Shown here one piece after another: positions 29,712-38,399 of a DNA stretch of 64,000 bases (the first letter of the stretch is position 1; every line of letters starts with the position of its first letter). The DNA is taken from NCBI GenBank assembly GCA_964526845.1, contig CAZGMM010000002.1, forward strand, positions 1,183 to 65,182. The letters are read 5' to 3'. The position numbers and the translations under genes are program-made. This DNA is from an uncultured Halanaerobiales bacterium (lineage in GTDB: Bacteria > Bacillota > Halanaerobiia > Halanaerobiales > M55B127). Under the pieces are notes generated by a model that saw only the letters and a program-made list of their open reading frames with translations, had not been told where the DNA came from and ran no database searches.

Positions 29712-30662
29712 ATGAGCTCGGGTCATAAGTATGTCCTGACCATTTCGCTGATAATTTTCATTACAACCTTCTATGCGGCTGCTCAGGCTGAAGACAATTT
29801 AATATTTTTTAAAGTTGACCCGGCTGGTGATGATCACGGCCCCGGTTACTACCTTTATCCCCAACATGAGGTTTTTCAAAAAGGGGAAGGATTATTTGAT
29901 ATTGTGGAGTTTAAAATATATGAAGGCAGCTCCCAATATGAGTTCCAATTTGAATTTACAAAACTGGTGGATGTCTGGAACTCCCGTTTTGGTTTCAGTC
30001 ACCCCATGGTCCAGCTTTACATAGATAATGAAAAAGGAGGATCAATTGCCCTCTTTGAAGAAGGGGCCAGAGTGAAACTTAATCCCGACTACCCCTGGGA
30101 TAAACTTCTTAAAATAAACGGCTGGTGGGTGAGCCTTTATGAACCCCTAGATCGGAATAGACAGGTGGTTGATTTTACAGTCGATGGTAAAGAAGTACCC
30201 TGGATGATTAATAATCCTAAGCTTAAAGTGCAGGAGAACTGGATAAAATTAAAGATTGCAAAGGAGAAGATCGGCCCTCTGCTGGGAGCCAATCTTTTCA
30301 TTTTAGTAGGGGGGTTTGACCCCTTCGGCTATGACCACTTTCGGGGAATAAGAGATGAGTTGAACTCCTGGTTTTTTGCTGCCCAAGGTGAACATGATAT
30401 TAACTATGCTCCCCGGGTGATTGATTTAATTGTTCCACCCGAATACAGCCAGGAAAAAATGTTGGATGCTTACGAGATCGGTTATGCTCAGATAGAACCG
30501 GTCTATATTGGCTATGATAAGGGAATAGGGAAGAAAGATTATTATGTATACATAGTTATATTTTTGATAATATCAGTTCTCATATTTATTTCTATTAAAA
30601 TAATTCAAAAAAGGCTTGGTGTTAACCGAAATGCTGAAAAACAAGAACAAGAAGGCGCTTGA
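29712..30662 (+). CDS. Secreted, C-terminally membrane-anchored protein with a glucodextranase-C-like (Glucodextran_C) domain
   Basis: Signal peptide ...FYAAAQAED. DPAGDDHGPGYYLYPQHEVFQKGEGLFDIVEFKIYE is typical of that domain. C-terminal TM YVYIVIFLIISVLIFISIKII. Confidence 0.6.
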   Translation: MSSGHKYVLTISLIIFITTFYAAAQAEDNLIFFKVDPAGDDHGPGYYLYPQHEVFQKGEGLFDIVEFKIYEGSSQYEFQFEFTKLVDVWNSRFGFSHPMVQLYIDNEKGGSIALFEEGARVKLNPDYPWDKLLKINGWWVSLYEPLDRNRQVVDFTVDGKEVPWMINNPKLKVQENWIKLKIAKEKIGPLLGANLFILVGGFDPFGYDHFRGIRDELNSWFFAAQGEHDINYAPRVIDLIVPPEYSQEKMLDAYEIGYAQIEPVYIGYDKGIGKKDYYVYIVIFLIISVLIFISIKIIQKRLGVNRNAEKQEQEGA

Positions 30663-31620
30663 TTTCTGCCGCACTATAATGCAGAAGGTATCAAGGAGTT
30701 TTGCTTTGACGATACCCCTTTTAGATAAACGGATAAGAGAGCCTGTCATGATTACATATCTTCAGGATAGACTTTTAGACAGCTTTGAAGATGAAGGGGA
30801 GATTACTAGTTCCCAGAGAAAAGCTTACATGAACGAAGTTGTCAAATTGTTCGATCCTAATATCGCGGAGTTTAAACGACAAGAATTAGTTGATAATATA
30901 AAAGGGCAGGCCGATTATTTCGAGGGCCCTATAAAAAAATTAGTCCAAAATACCGATAAATTGACAAGTTGTTTTAATACCCTTAATGAAGAGGTACAAA
31001 AAATATCTTTCCGCTGGTTAAGTGAAATGAATCAGGGTATGCAGTCTTACCTTGATAAACCGGTGGAGACCTTCAGTGAACTTAACGAATACTGCTATTA
31101 TGTAGCCGGGACAGTGGGAGGTTTTTTAACTGATTTAATTATTGAACTTGGTAATATTGAGGGTGATGATAAAAAGGTCCTGGAGAAAAATTTCGTCGAA
31201 TCGGGCCTCTTTTTACAGAAGGTAAATATAATAAGGGATATAAAGATGGATATCATAAACAACAAAAAACATTACTGGCCGCTTAAAGAACTGGGGATCA
31301 GCGAGAGTGAAATAATCGATCAGGATAATGAAGAACAGGCTTTAAAGGCCCTTAATAAAATGGTCGCAGATGTTAAAAGCCATACTAGGGCTCTGATCGA
31401 TTACTACCAGGCCATACCTGATGAATGGAGCGGCTATAAGAAGTTTTATTCGGTCAACAACGCCATGGGATATGCTACCCTGGAACTTGTGGAAGGCAAT
31501 TCCGATCTATTCTATTTGAACAAAAAGTTAAAGATAAAAAAGACAAAAGTTTTAAAGATTTTAGCGGTCTCCGAAGATACCTTTCTAAAAAAAGCACAAT
31601 CAGTTTTAAACCAAGGATAA
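30631..31620 (+). CDS. Squalene synthase-like prenyltransferase (squalene/phytoene synthase family, FDFT1-like motifs)
   Basis: VSRSFALTIPLLD, YLQDRLLDSFED, YCYYVAGTVGGFL, FLQKVNIIRDIKMD...HYWP. Start uncertain (TTG 30616, GTG 30619 or ATG 30631); every option overlaps the upstream gene. Confidence 0.8.
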   Translation: MLKNKNKKALDFCRTIMQKVSRSFALTIPLLDKRIREPVMITYLQDRLLDSFEDEGEITSSQRKAYMNEVVKLFDPNIAEFKRQELVDNIKGQADYFEGPIKKLVQNTDKLTSCFNTLNEEVQKISFRWLSEMNQGMQSYLDKPVETFSELNEYCYYVAGTVGGFLTDLIIELGNIEGDDKKVLEKNFVESGLFLQKVNIIRDIKMDIINNKKHYWPLKELGISESEIIDQDNEEQALKALNKMVADVKSHTRALIDYYQAIPDEWSGYKKFYSVNNAMGYATLELVEGNSDLFYLNKKLKIKKTKVLKILAVSEDTFLKKAQSVLNQG

Positions 31621-31648
31621 CCACCTGAGATGGTGGTCTTTCTTTTTG
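31620..31648 (+). terminator. Probable terminator after the squalene synthase-like gene
   Basis: ACCACC / GGTGGT stem followed by CTTTCTTTTTG. Confidence 0.5.
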
Positions 31649-31711
31649 TTTAATTAGAAAAGAATAGAGGAAAATTGCCGTGTAAAACGAAATTAATAAT
31701 ATAGGTGATAA

Positions 31712-32671
31712 ATGTTGCAAGCAAATTCAATTAAAGATTTCAATCCACAGCAGAATAAAATATTTACCATCATCAACCCGGTTTCGTCTAACGGGAAAAC
31801 GGGCAAGAGGTGGCCTGCCTATGAACAGAAGTTTAAACAGGCCAAATTAGATTTAGATATTAATGAGACCCTTTATCCCGGTCATGCGGTAAACTTAACT
31901 AAAACCGCCTTAAATGATGGCTATAAAACTATCATGGCAGTCGGGGGAGATGGAACAGTTAATGAAATAGTTAATGGATTTTATCAGGACGGTCAGTTGA
32001 TTAATCAAGAGGCTGTCTTACTGGTCTTTTCCCAGGGAACCGGTTCCGATTATATAAAGTCCCTCGGTTTAAATAAAAGAATTGAAACCGTTATTAATAC
32101 CTATAAAAAGTATGAAAGAAAATGGGTAGATATCGGTGAGATGAAATACTTAAACTTCGATGAAAAGGAAGTCGAAAGATACTTTGTCAATGAGGCTGAT
32201 GTGGGTATCGGGGGAGAGACGGTTGAATATGTAAACCGCTCCTCAAAACTGATGGGCGGACTTTTGACTTATCTTATAGGGGCCATCCGGACTGTAGTGA
32301 AATATGATAATAAAGATATGAAACTTACAATCGATGGCGAGGTAATTAAAGAAGGCCTAATCAACAGTGTTATGGTAAGTCTGGGTAAATACTTTGCCGG
32401 TGGAATGCCGATAGCTCCACAGGCCGTAATCGATGATGGCTTATTTGATATAGTAATTTTGGGTAACCTCACAAAACTGGAAACCCTCTTAAACCTATAC
32501 AAGGCCTACCGGGGAACCCATATCGATTACCATAAGATTGATTATCTAAAAGGGGAAGAGATTAAAATAGAATCCCAGGACAGGGTATTAATCGATATTG
32601 ATGGAGAAAGTGCCGGTTTATTACCGGCCGAGTTCAAGATTTTAAAAAGGGCTTTTCCGGTCCTGGTTTAA
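31712..32671 (+). CDS. Diacylglycerol kinase-family lipid kinase (YegS/BmrU/DagK-like)
   Basis: IINPVSSNGK, MAVGGDGTVNEIVNG, GTGSDY. Confidence 0.88.
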   Translation: MLQANSIKDFNPQQNKIFTIINPVSSNGKTGKRWPAYEQKFKQAKLDLDINETLYPGHAVNLTKTALNDGYKTIMAVGGDGTVNEIVNGFYQDGQLINQEAVLLVFSQGTGSDYIKSLGLNKRIETVINTYKKYERKWVDIGEMKYLNFDEKEVERYFVNEADVGIGGETVEYVNRSSKLMGGLLTYLIGAIRTVVKYDNKDMKLTIDGEVIKEGLINSVMVSLGKYFAGGMPIAPQAVIDDGLFDIVILGNLTKLETLLNLYKAYRGTHIDYHKIDYLKGEEIKIESQDRVLIDIDGESAGLLPAEFKILKRAFPVLV

Positions 32672-32738
32672 AACTATTTTACAAGCTATTGATAATGTTA
32701 TAAAATTAGAGTGGAGAGAAGCTGGGAGTGTTAAATTA

Positions 32739-33590
32739 ATGAAATTTATCTTAATTACAGGAATGTCTGGAGCAGGCAAATCTACAACCTTAAACTTCTT
32801 TGAAGACAGCGGCTATTTCTGTGTGGATAATTTACCACCAGCCTTGATTTCCAAGTTTGCTGAACTATGCCTACATTCTGAATTAAATAAGATAGCGGTT
32901 GTCTGTGATATAAGGGGCGGTAAGTTCTTCGATGCCCTGACAGAAAAGTTGAACTACTTAGAAGAAAACCAGATTAACCACGAAATACTTTTTTTGGAAG
33001 CCTCTGATAAGGCTTTAGTCGATAGGTATAAAGAGACCAGGCGCCGGCATCCATTAGAGGAAGAAGGCCGGGTCCTGGATGCGATTAGAAAAGAAAGAAA
33101 ACGATTAGAACAATTAAGGGGAAAAGCGCACAATGTAATCGATACTTCCAGTATCTCAATTAAGGAATTAAAACAGAAATTGAGAAGAGATTATCTGGAT
33201 GTAGATGAAGATATGCAGTCTCTAACCATCAATATAATTTCTTTTGGCTTTAAGTACGGTATACCACTGGATGCAGATAACGTATTTGATGTTAGATTTA
33301 TGGCCAACCCCTATTACGTAGATTCTTTAAAGGACTTAACTGGGGAAGATAAAGAAGTTAAGGACTATATCTTAAAATGGCCGATCACGAAACGATTTTA
33401 TGATAAATTTTTTGAACTGATAGAATTTCTAATTCCCGAATATGAAAAAGAGGGGAAGAGTCATTTAAGTATTGCAATCGGCTGTACAGGTGGACATCAC
33501 CGTTCAGTCACAACTGCAGTTAAATTAAAGGACTTTTTAGATAGTAAAGGATATAAAGTTACGGTTAACCACCGAGATATTAATAAGTAA
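32739..33590 (+). CDS. rapZ: RNase adapter / nucleotide-binding protein RapZ (YvcJ)
   Basis: ITGMSGAGKST Walker A, FCVDNLPP, IGCTGGHHRSV. Confidence 0.95.
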   Translation: MKFILITGMSGAGKSTTLNFFEDSGYFCVDNLPPALISKFAELCLHSELNKIAVVCDIRGGKFFDALTEKLNYLEENQINHEILFLEASDKALVDRYKETRRRHPLEEEGRVLDAIRKERKRLEQLRGKAHNVIDTSSISIKELKQKLRRDYLDVDEDMQSLTINIISFGFKYGIPLDADNVFDVRFMANPYYVDSLKDLTGEDKEVKDYILKWPITKRFYDKFFELIEFLIPEYEKEGKSHLSIAIGCTGGHHRSVTTAVKLKDFLDSKGYKVTVNHRDINK

Positions 33591-33604
33591 CCAGGAGTGG
33601 TAAG

Positions 33605-34870
33605 ATGAAATTTCTAAAGTGGCTTTATCCTGGGCTGGGTGTAAAGAGATGGTTTATTCTCGGTATTATTGGCTTACTTTTGCTCAGTACTGGTCTTGCA
33701 TTACTTTTACACATAAATATTGTTGATTATATAATTAAAATGATCTTTGAAGCTATTACCCATTTAAGCGGCTCACTTCCGTATTATACGAACCTGATAA
33801 TAGGTATCGCCTTGATAATTATTTCACTGGCAATGCTTACTTATGCCGGCAACCGCTTTGTGGATAAGTTAAATAAGGAAATATACAAAGATGATGATTT
33901 CGTAAATGTTTTATATAAGAAAAATCAACTGCAAAAAGGGCCAAAAGTGGTTGCGATCGGCGGGGGTACCGGTCTTTCCAATATCTTAAGAGGTTTAAAA
34001 GAATTTACCAGTAATATAACGGCAATTGTAACAGTAGCTGACAACGGCGGTAGTTCCGGTAAGCTGAGAGATGAACTGGATATTTTACCGCCCGGAGATA
34101 TCAGAAACTGTCTGGTTGCCTTAGCAGACCAGGAGCCTTTAATGGAGGATTTATTTCAGTACCGCTTTCATAAAAAAGGTGACTTGAGGGGACACAGCTT
34201 TGGTAATCTCTTTATAGCTGCCATGACAGAAGTATTAGGTGACTTTGAAGAAGCAGTGGAAGAATCTTCAAAGGTTTTAGCTATTCAGGGTAAGGTTCTC
34301 CCCTCTACCAATCAAAATGTAAACCTGGGAGCAGTTTATGAAGATGGTAGTGAAATTTTGGGTGAATCAGAGATTCCAGATGAAAACAAAGCTATTCAGG
34401 GGGTTTATCTCGAACCCAGTTCTGTAGAAATTACCGAGCGGGCCAAGGGTGCCCTTTTAGATGCAGACTATATTATCGTGGGACCCGGTAGTCTATATAC
34501 TTCACTACTCCCGAACTTATTGGTAAAGGGAATGGTCGATACCATTAGGAAGAGTAAAGCCAAAAAGATCTTTATTACAAATGTGATGACACAGCCCGGT
34601 GAGACGACCGGCTATTCAGCCTATGACCACTTGAAGACCGTTTATAACCATATTGGGGCTGAGATCTTTGACTATACAATAATAAATAAAAACGGCAGCA
34701 GGAAAGATCTTTTAGAGAAGTATGCGGATGAAGGAGCCTATCCGGTTGAAAATGATATTGAGCAGCTTAATAAATTAGATATTAAGGTAGTGGAAGGTAA
34801 GCTAATTCAAACCGGCGACTTTATCAGACATGATCCCCACAAGCTAGCCGAAATTTTAGTGGAACTATAA
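33605..34870 (+). CDS. yvcK: YvcK-family (CofD-like) gluconeogenesis/morphogenesis factor with an N-terminal membrane extension
   Basis: VVAIGGGTGLS, ADNGGSSG, GPGSLYTSLLPNL. The first ~90 aa contain two hydrophobic helices. Confidence 0.9.
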   Translation: MKFLKWLYPGLGVKRWFILGIIGLLLLSTGLALLLHINIVDYIIKMIFEAITHLSGSLPYYTNLIIGIALIIISLAMLTYAGNRFVDKLNKEIYKDDDFVNVLYKKNQLQKGPKVVAIGGGTGLSNILRGLKEFTSNITAIVTVADNGGSSGKLRDELDILPPGDIRNCLVALADQEPLMEDLFQYRFHKKGDLRGHSFGNLFIAAMTEVLGDFEEAVEESSKVLAIQGKVLPSTNQNVNLGAVYEDGSEILGESEIPDENKAIQGVYLEPSSVEITERAKGALLDADYIIVGPGSLYTSLLPNLLVKGMVDTIRKSKAKKIFITNVMTQPGETTGYSAYDHLKTVYNHIGAEIFDYTIINKNGSRKDLLEKYADEGAYPVENDIEQLNKLDIKVVEGKLIQTGDFIRHDPHKLAEILVEL

Positions 34871-34892
34871 TAAAAGTTGGTGATTTGATTAA

Positions 34893-35843
34893 ATGTCTTT
34901 TTCTGATGATGTAAAACATGAATTAGCCCATCTTGAAATTGAGCAAAAAGGGATACATCAGGCTGAACTGGCAGCCCTGATAAGAATGGGTGGTTCAATT
35001 TTACTTTCTTCCGGCAAAATGGCCGTAAAAATAAGTGTTTCTCACGGTGATGTAGCCCGAAGGATCTATAGATATATTAAAGAAGAGTATCAGTTTGAAA
35101 GTGAAATTAGGGTTAAACAGAATAATTTAAGCAAGCGTAAAACATATGAACTTTTCATAACACCCCAAAAAGGTGTTTATGACCTATTAGAAAACCTGGG
35201 TATCTTAAATAAGTCCCACAGTCTCCTCTTTACAGTGGCAGACTGGATCAAGGATAAAAGAGAGTACAAGAGGGCCTATTTAAGAGGGGTATTTTTGGCA
35301 GGTGGTTCGGTCAATAAACCAGGGGCTGAATACCACTTAGAGATCAGGTGTGAACATAAGTCACATGCCGAGGAAATCATGGACTTGATGCAGAACTTTG
35401 AATTAGACCCTCACCTGACCGAACACAAGAAGAAACAGGTCATTTATCTCAAGAGGTATGATGACATAGCAACCATGTTAAACCTGATGGGTGCATATAA
35501 CTCCCTTTTAGAGTTAGAAAACACCCAGGTCTTTAAAGAGATCAAGAACAATGTGAACAGAAGAGTCAACTTTGAAACAGCCAATCTGGATAAAACGGTC
35601 AAGGCCGCTATGGAGCAGATCGAAGATATCGAACTTATTGAAGAAACTAAAGGATTAGATAATATAACTGAGAGCTTAAGAGAAATTGCCGAACTAAGAA
35701 AAGACAATCCCTATGCCAGTTTAAAAGAATTAGGGGAGATGTTAGAACCTAAACTTACTAAATCAGGTGTATATAACAGGATACGGCGGTTAAAAAAGAT
35801 CGCCGAAAAGATAAGGAGTGGAAAAAATGGATCTAGCTCTTGA
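34893..35843 (+). CDS. whiA: DNA-binding protein WhiA
   Basis: MSFSDDVKHELA..., LAGLIDADG-like core YLRGVFLAGGSV, C-terminal HTH LTKSGVYNRIRRL. Confidence 0.95.
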   Translation: MSFSDDVKHELAHLEIEQKGIHQAELAALIRMGGSILLSSGKMAVKISVSHGDVARRIYRYIKEEYQFESEIRVKQNNLSKRKTYELFITPQKGVYDLLENLGILNKSHSLLFTVADWIKDKREYKRAYLRGVFLAGGSVNKPGAEYHLEIRCEHKSHAEEIMDLMQNFELDPHLTEHKKKQVIYLKRYDDIATMLNLMGAYNSLLELENTQVFKEIKNNVNRRVNFETANLDKTVKAAMEQIEDIELIEETKGLDNITESLREIAELRKDNPYASLKELGEMLEPKLTKSGVYNRIRRLKKIAEKIRSGKNGSSS

Positions 35844-37161
35844 TTTAAGCGTAGATCTAGAACAAAAACAGGAACTAGTAATGACTCCAAAACTTCAGAT
35901 GGCTATTAAACTTCTTCAGTATTCCAGTATGGAGTTAAAGGAATATGTCGAAGAAGAAATGAAAGATAATCCCCTTTTAGAAAAACATGATGAAAACGAA
36001 AACCATCTTGATGATAGAATAAAAAACCAGTACCAGAGTTATAGGTACGGCAGTAATTACAACCAGGAAGATTTCAACTATGAAAATATGGTTACTTACC
36101 AGCCGAATCTTTTAGAATACTTAGAAAACCAGCTCTATGAAGTATTAGATAATGATGAAATAGAAGCCGGCGAATATATTTTAGGTAATCTTGATGAAAG
36201 AGGCCTTTTATCAACTTCCTTAGATGAAATAGCCGAGGAACTTGATGAGGATATTGATTATATTAAAAGCATCATTAAAAAGATCCAGAAGTTAGAACCG
36301 GCCGGCATTGCCGCCACTAATTTAAAAGAGTGTTACTTAACCCAGCTAAAACAGATGGATGTTCAAACAAATGATGCTGAACTTTTAATCGGTAACCACC
36401 TGGACTTGATAGTAACAGAAGAGTATAAGGAGATATTAGATAAAACCGGCTGGAGTGAAGATAGGCTAAGCAAGGCCTTACATATCATCAATAAACTGAC
36501 CTCAAAACCGGCCTCTTTAGTGGCTGATCACAAGAAGACCCAGTATATAATGCCGGATATCGTCATTAAAAAGGTCAATGATGAATATGTAATAGTCCTT
36601 AATGATAAAGCCTCACCCCTGCTTAGAATAAATCCTTACTATTATGAAATGATGCAGAAGTGTAAAAAAGATGATACCTATAAATACCTGGAAGATAAGT
36701 TCAAATCAGCCCTCTGGATCATTAAAAGTATCGAACAGCGTCGAATGACAGTTTATCGTATTGCCAAGACCATAGCTGATAAACAGAAAAGCTTTTTAGA
36801 TGATGGTGTCAAGTATCTAAAACCACTTACCATGCAGGAGATCGCTGATGAGATCGATATGCATGAATCAACCGTCAGTAGAGCGACAGATAATAAGTTT
36901 ATCCAGACACCCCGCGGTATATTTGACTTCAAGTTCTTTTTCAGCGGGGGAGTAAATGATATTTCCACGGTAAGTATCAAGGCAATCATTATCGAAATCA
37001 TCAAGGGGGAAGATAAAAGTTCACCTCTAAGTGATAATGCAATTGCCGAACTACTCCGTACAAAACAGAACTTAAAGCTGTCCAGGAGAACGATAGCCAA
37101 GTATAGAAATGAACTGGGTATCCCTTCCTCGGTAAAACGAAGAAAAAAATATTCAATTTAA
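35827..37161 (+). CDS. rpoN: RNA polymerase sigma-54 factor
   Basis: ATG 35827 after AAGGAGTGG, overlapping the whiA 3' end by 17 nt. Region I LEQKQELVMTPKLQMAIKLLQ, HTH, RpoN box SRRTIAKYRNELGIP. Confidence 0.94.
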   Translation: MDLALDLSVDLEQKQELVMTPKLQMAIKLLQYSSMELKEYVEEEMKDNPLLEKHDENENHLDDRIKNQYQSYRYGSNYNQEDFNYENMVTYQPNLLEYLENQLYEVLDNDEIEAGEYILGNLDERGLLSTSLDEIAEELDEDIDYIKSIIKKIQKLEPAGIAATNLKECYLTQLKQMDVQTNDAELLIGNHLDLIVTEEYKEILDKTGWSEDRLSKALHIINKLTSKPASLVADHKKTQYIMPDIVIKKVNDEYVIVLNDKASPLLRINPYYYEMMQKCKKDDTYKYLEDKFKSALWIIKSIEQRRMTVYRIAKTIADKQKSFLDDGVKYLKPLTMQEIADEIDMHESTVSRATDNKFIQTPRGIFDFKFFFSGGVNDISTVSIKAIIIEIIKGEDKSSPLSDNAIAELLRTKQNLKLSRRTIAKYRNELGIPSSVKRRKKYSI

Positions 37162-37229
37162 GGCAGGAATTTTCGCATTAATATTTAATAAATTATATTG
37201 GAAATTGAATACTATATTTATAGTTAGCC

Positions 37230-37265
37230 CGGGACAAAATTGTGCCGCACGGACAAAATAATCCC
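37230..37265 (+). promoter_or_regulatory. Candidate CggR operator (tandem CGGGAC-type direct repeats)
   Basis: CGGGACAAAAT at 37230 and CGGACAAAAT at 37250, exactly 20 bp apart and just upstream of cggR. The B. subtilis CggR operator is a tandem CGGGAC-N6-TGTC-N4 repeat with 20-bp periodicity. Confidence 0.6.
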
Positions 37266-37283
37266 GAAGGTAGGAGGGATTAA

Positions 37284-38333
37284 ATGAATTATTTGTTAAA
37301 AATACAGAAAAAGCTTGTCCCTGAATTGATAAGTATTGCTGAAATAAGATATAATATACTAAAAGAAGTTTTCAATCACCAACCGATCGGACGCCGCAAT
37401 TTAGCCCGGAAATTGGATTTAAGTATCAGGAGTGTAAGAAAGCATCTCGATTTTCTGTATGAAAAAAGATATATCAGGATTACAAAGAGCGGAACTACCC
37501 TTACAGAGAATGGAGAAGATTTTTTACATGAACTTGATACCTACATGAAAGAGATCAAAGATATTGCCAATATAGAAAACGAAATTGAAAAACTGCTTGG
37601 TATAGATAAGGTAATGATCGTGCCGGTTGAAAAAGATTCCGAAATCATCAATAAAGAAATCGGCCGTTTTACAGCCCGATTTTTAAAAGAGATGATAGAC
37701 GATAAAGATATCATTGCAGTTACCGGGGGTTCTACCCTGGCCCAGGTTGCTGAAACAATGGTATTTTTAGAAGAGCCCAAAGATGTAACCGTAATTCCAG
37801 GCCGGGGTGGACTGGGTGAGAATGTGGAAATACAGGCCAATACGATCGCTTCCAAGATAGCCAAAAAACTGGGTGGACAATATAAGCTCTTACATATTCC
37901 GGACGATATTACCAGGGAAAGTCTGGCGATGATCACCAACGAACCCTCAGTTAAAAAGACATTGGATGAACTACAGAAGGCCAATATCTTAGTCCACGGC
38001 ATTGGAACCGCAGAAATGATGTCTGCCAGACGGGATATGGAACAAGCCGAAATCGAAAAATTAAAGAACAAGGGGGCAATTGCCGAAGCCTTTGGCCTCT
38101 ATTTTAATGAAGAAGGTAAAGTAGTATATTCTACTGCTAGTGTTGGTTTAAGCATGGCCGATTTAAAGAATATAGATAAGGTAATTGCCGTAGCCGGTGG
38201 TGTTGATAAAGCCCGCGCCATTATTTCAGTAGTTTCACCTGAATATCACGATATATTAATCACGGATGAACTAACCGCAAGAGAGATTAAAGCCCTTAAG
38301 GGAGGTGAAAAAGAGCCAAAATTAAATAAGTAA
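37284..38333 (+). CDS. cggR: Central glycolytic genes regulator (SorC/DeoR-type sugar-binding repressor)
   Basis: N-terminal winged HTH and a SorC sugar-binding domain (IAVTGGSTL, VHGIGTA, VIAVAGG), directly upstream of gap. Confidence 0.9.
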   Translation: MNYLLKIQKKLVPELISIAEIRYNILKEVFNHQPIGRRNLARKLDLSIRSVRKHLDFLYEKRYIRITKSGTTLTENGEDFLHELDTYMKEIKDIANIENEIEKLLGIDKVMIVPVEKDSEIINKEIGRFTARFLKEMIDDKDIIAVTGGSTLAQVAETMVFLEEPKDVTVIPGRGGLGENVEIQANTIASKIAKKLGGQYKLLHIPDDITRESLAMITNEPSVKKTLDELQKANILVHGIGTAEMMSARRDMEQAEIEKLKNKGAIAEAFGLYFNEEGKVVYSTASVGLSMADLKNIDKVIAVAGGVDKARAIISVVSPEYHDILITDELTAREIKALKGGEKEPKLNK

Positions 38334-38399
38334 ATGTTTAATACCTAACATCAATGTTAATCAATTCTAATTATAATATAAATAAGGAGGAATAAAGAG

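Noticed and set aside
29815-30024. 69-aa alternative-frame plus-strand ORF inside the glucodextranase-C-like gene (similar case at 58134-58337 inside rnr)
   Set aside because: Embedded in genes whose main frame carries conserved motifs. No RBS.
37541-38071. 176-aa minus-strand ORF inside cggR. Similar long antisense ORFs lie at 51668-52291 (207 aa, in the RND gene), 60180-60665 (161 aa, in GH32), 41996-42352, 36753-37100, 25048-25389 and 53398-53739.
   Set aside because: Each is fully embedded antisense to a plus-strand gene with unmistakable family motifs. They have Ser/Leu/Ile-rich low-complexity composition, no RBS and no recognisable domains. These are typical shadow ORFs in an AT-rich genome.
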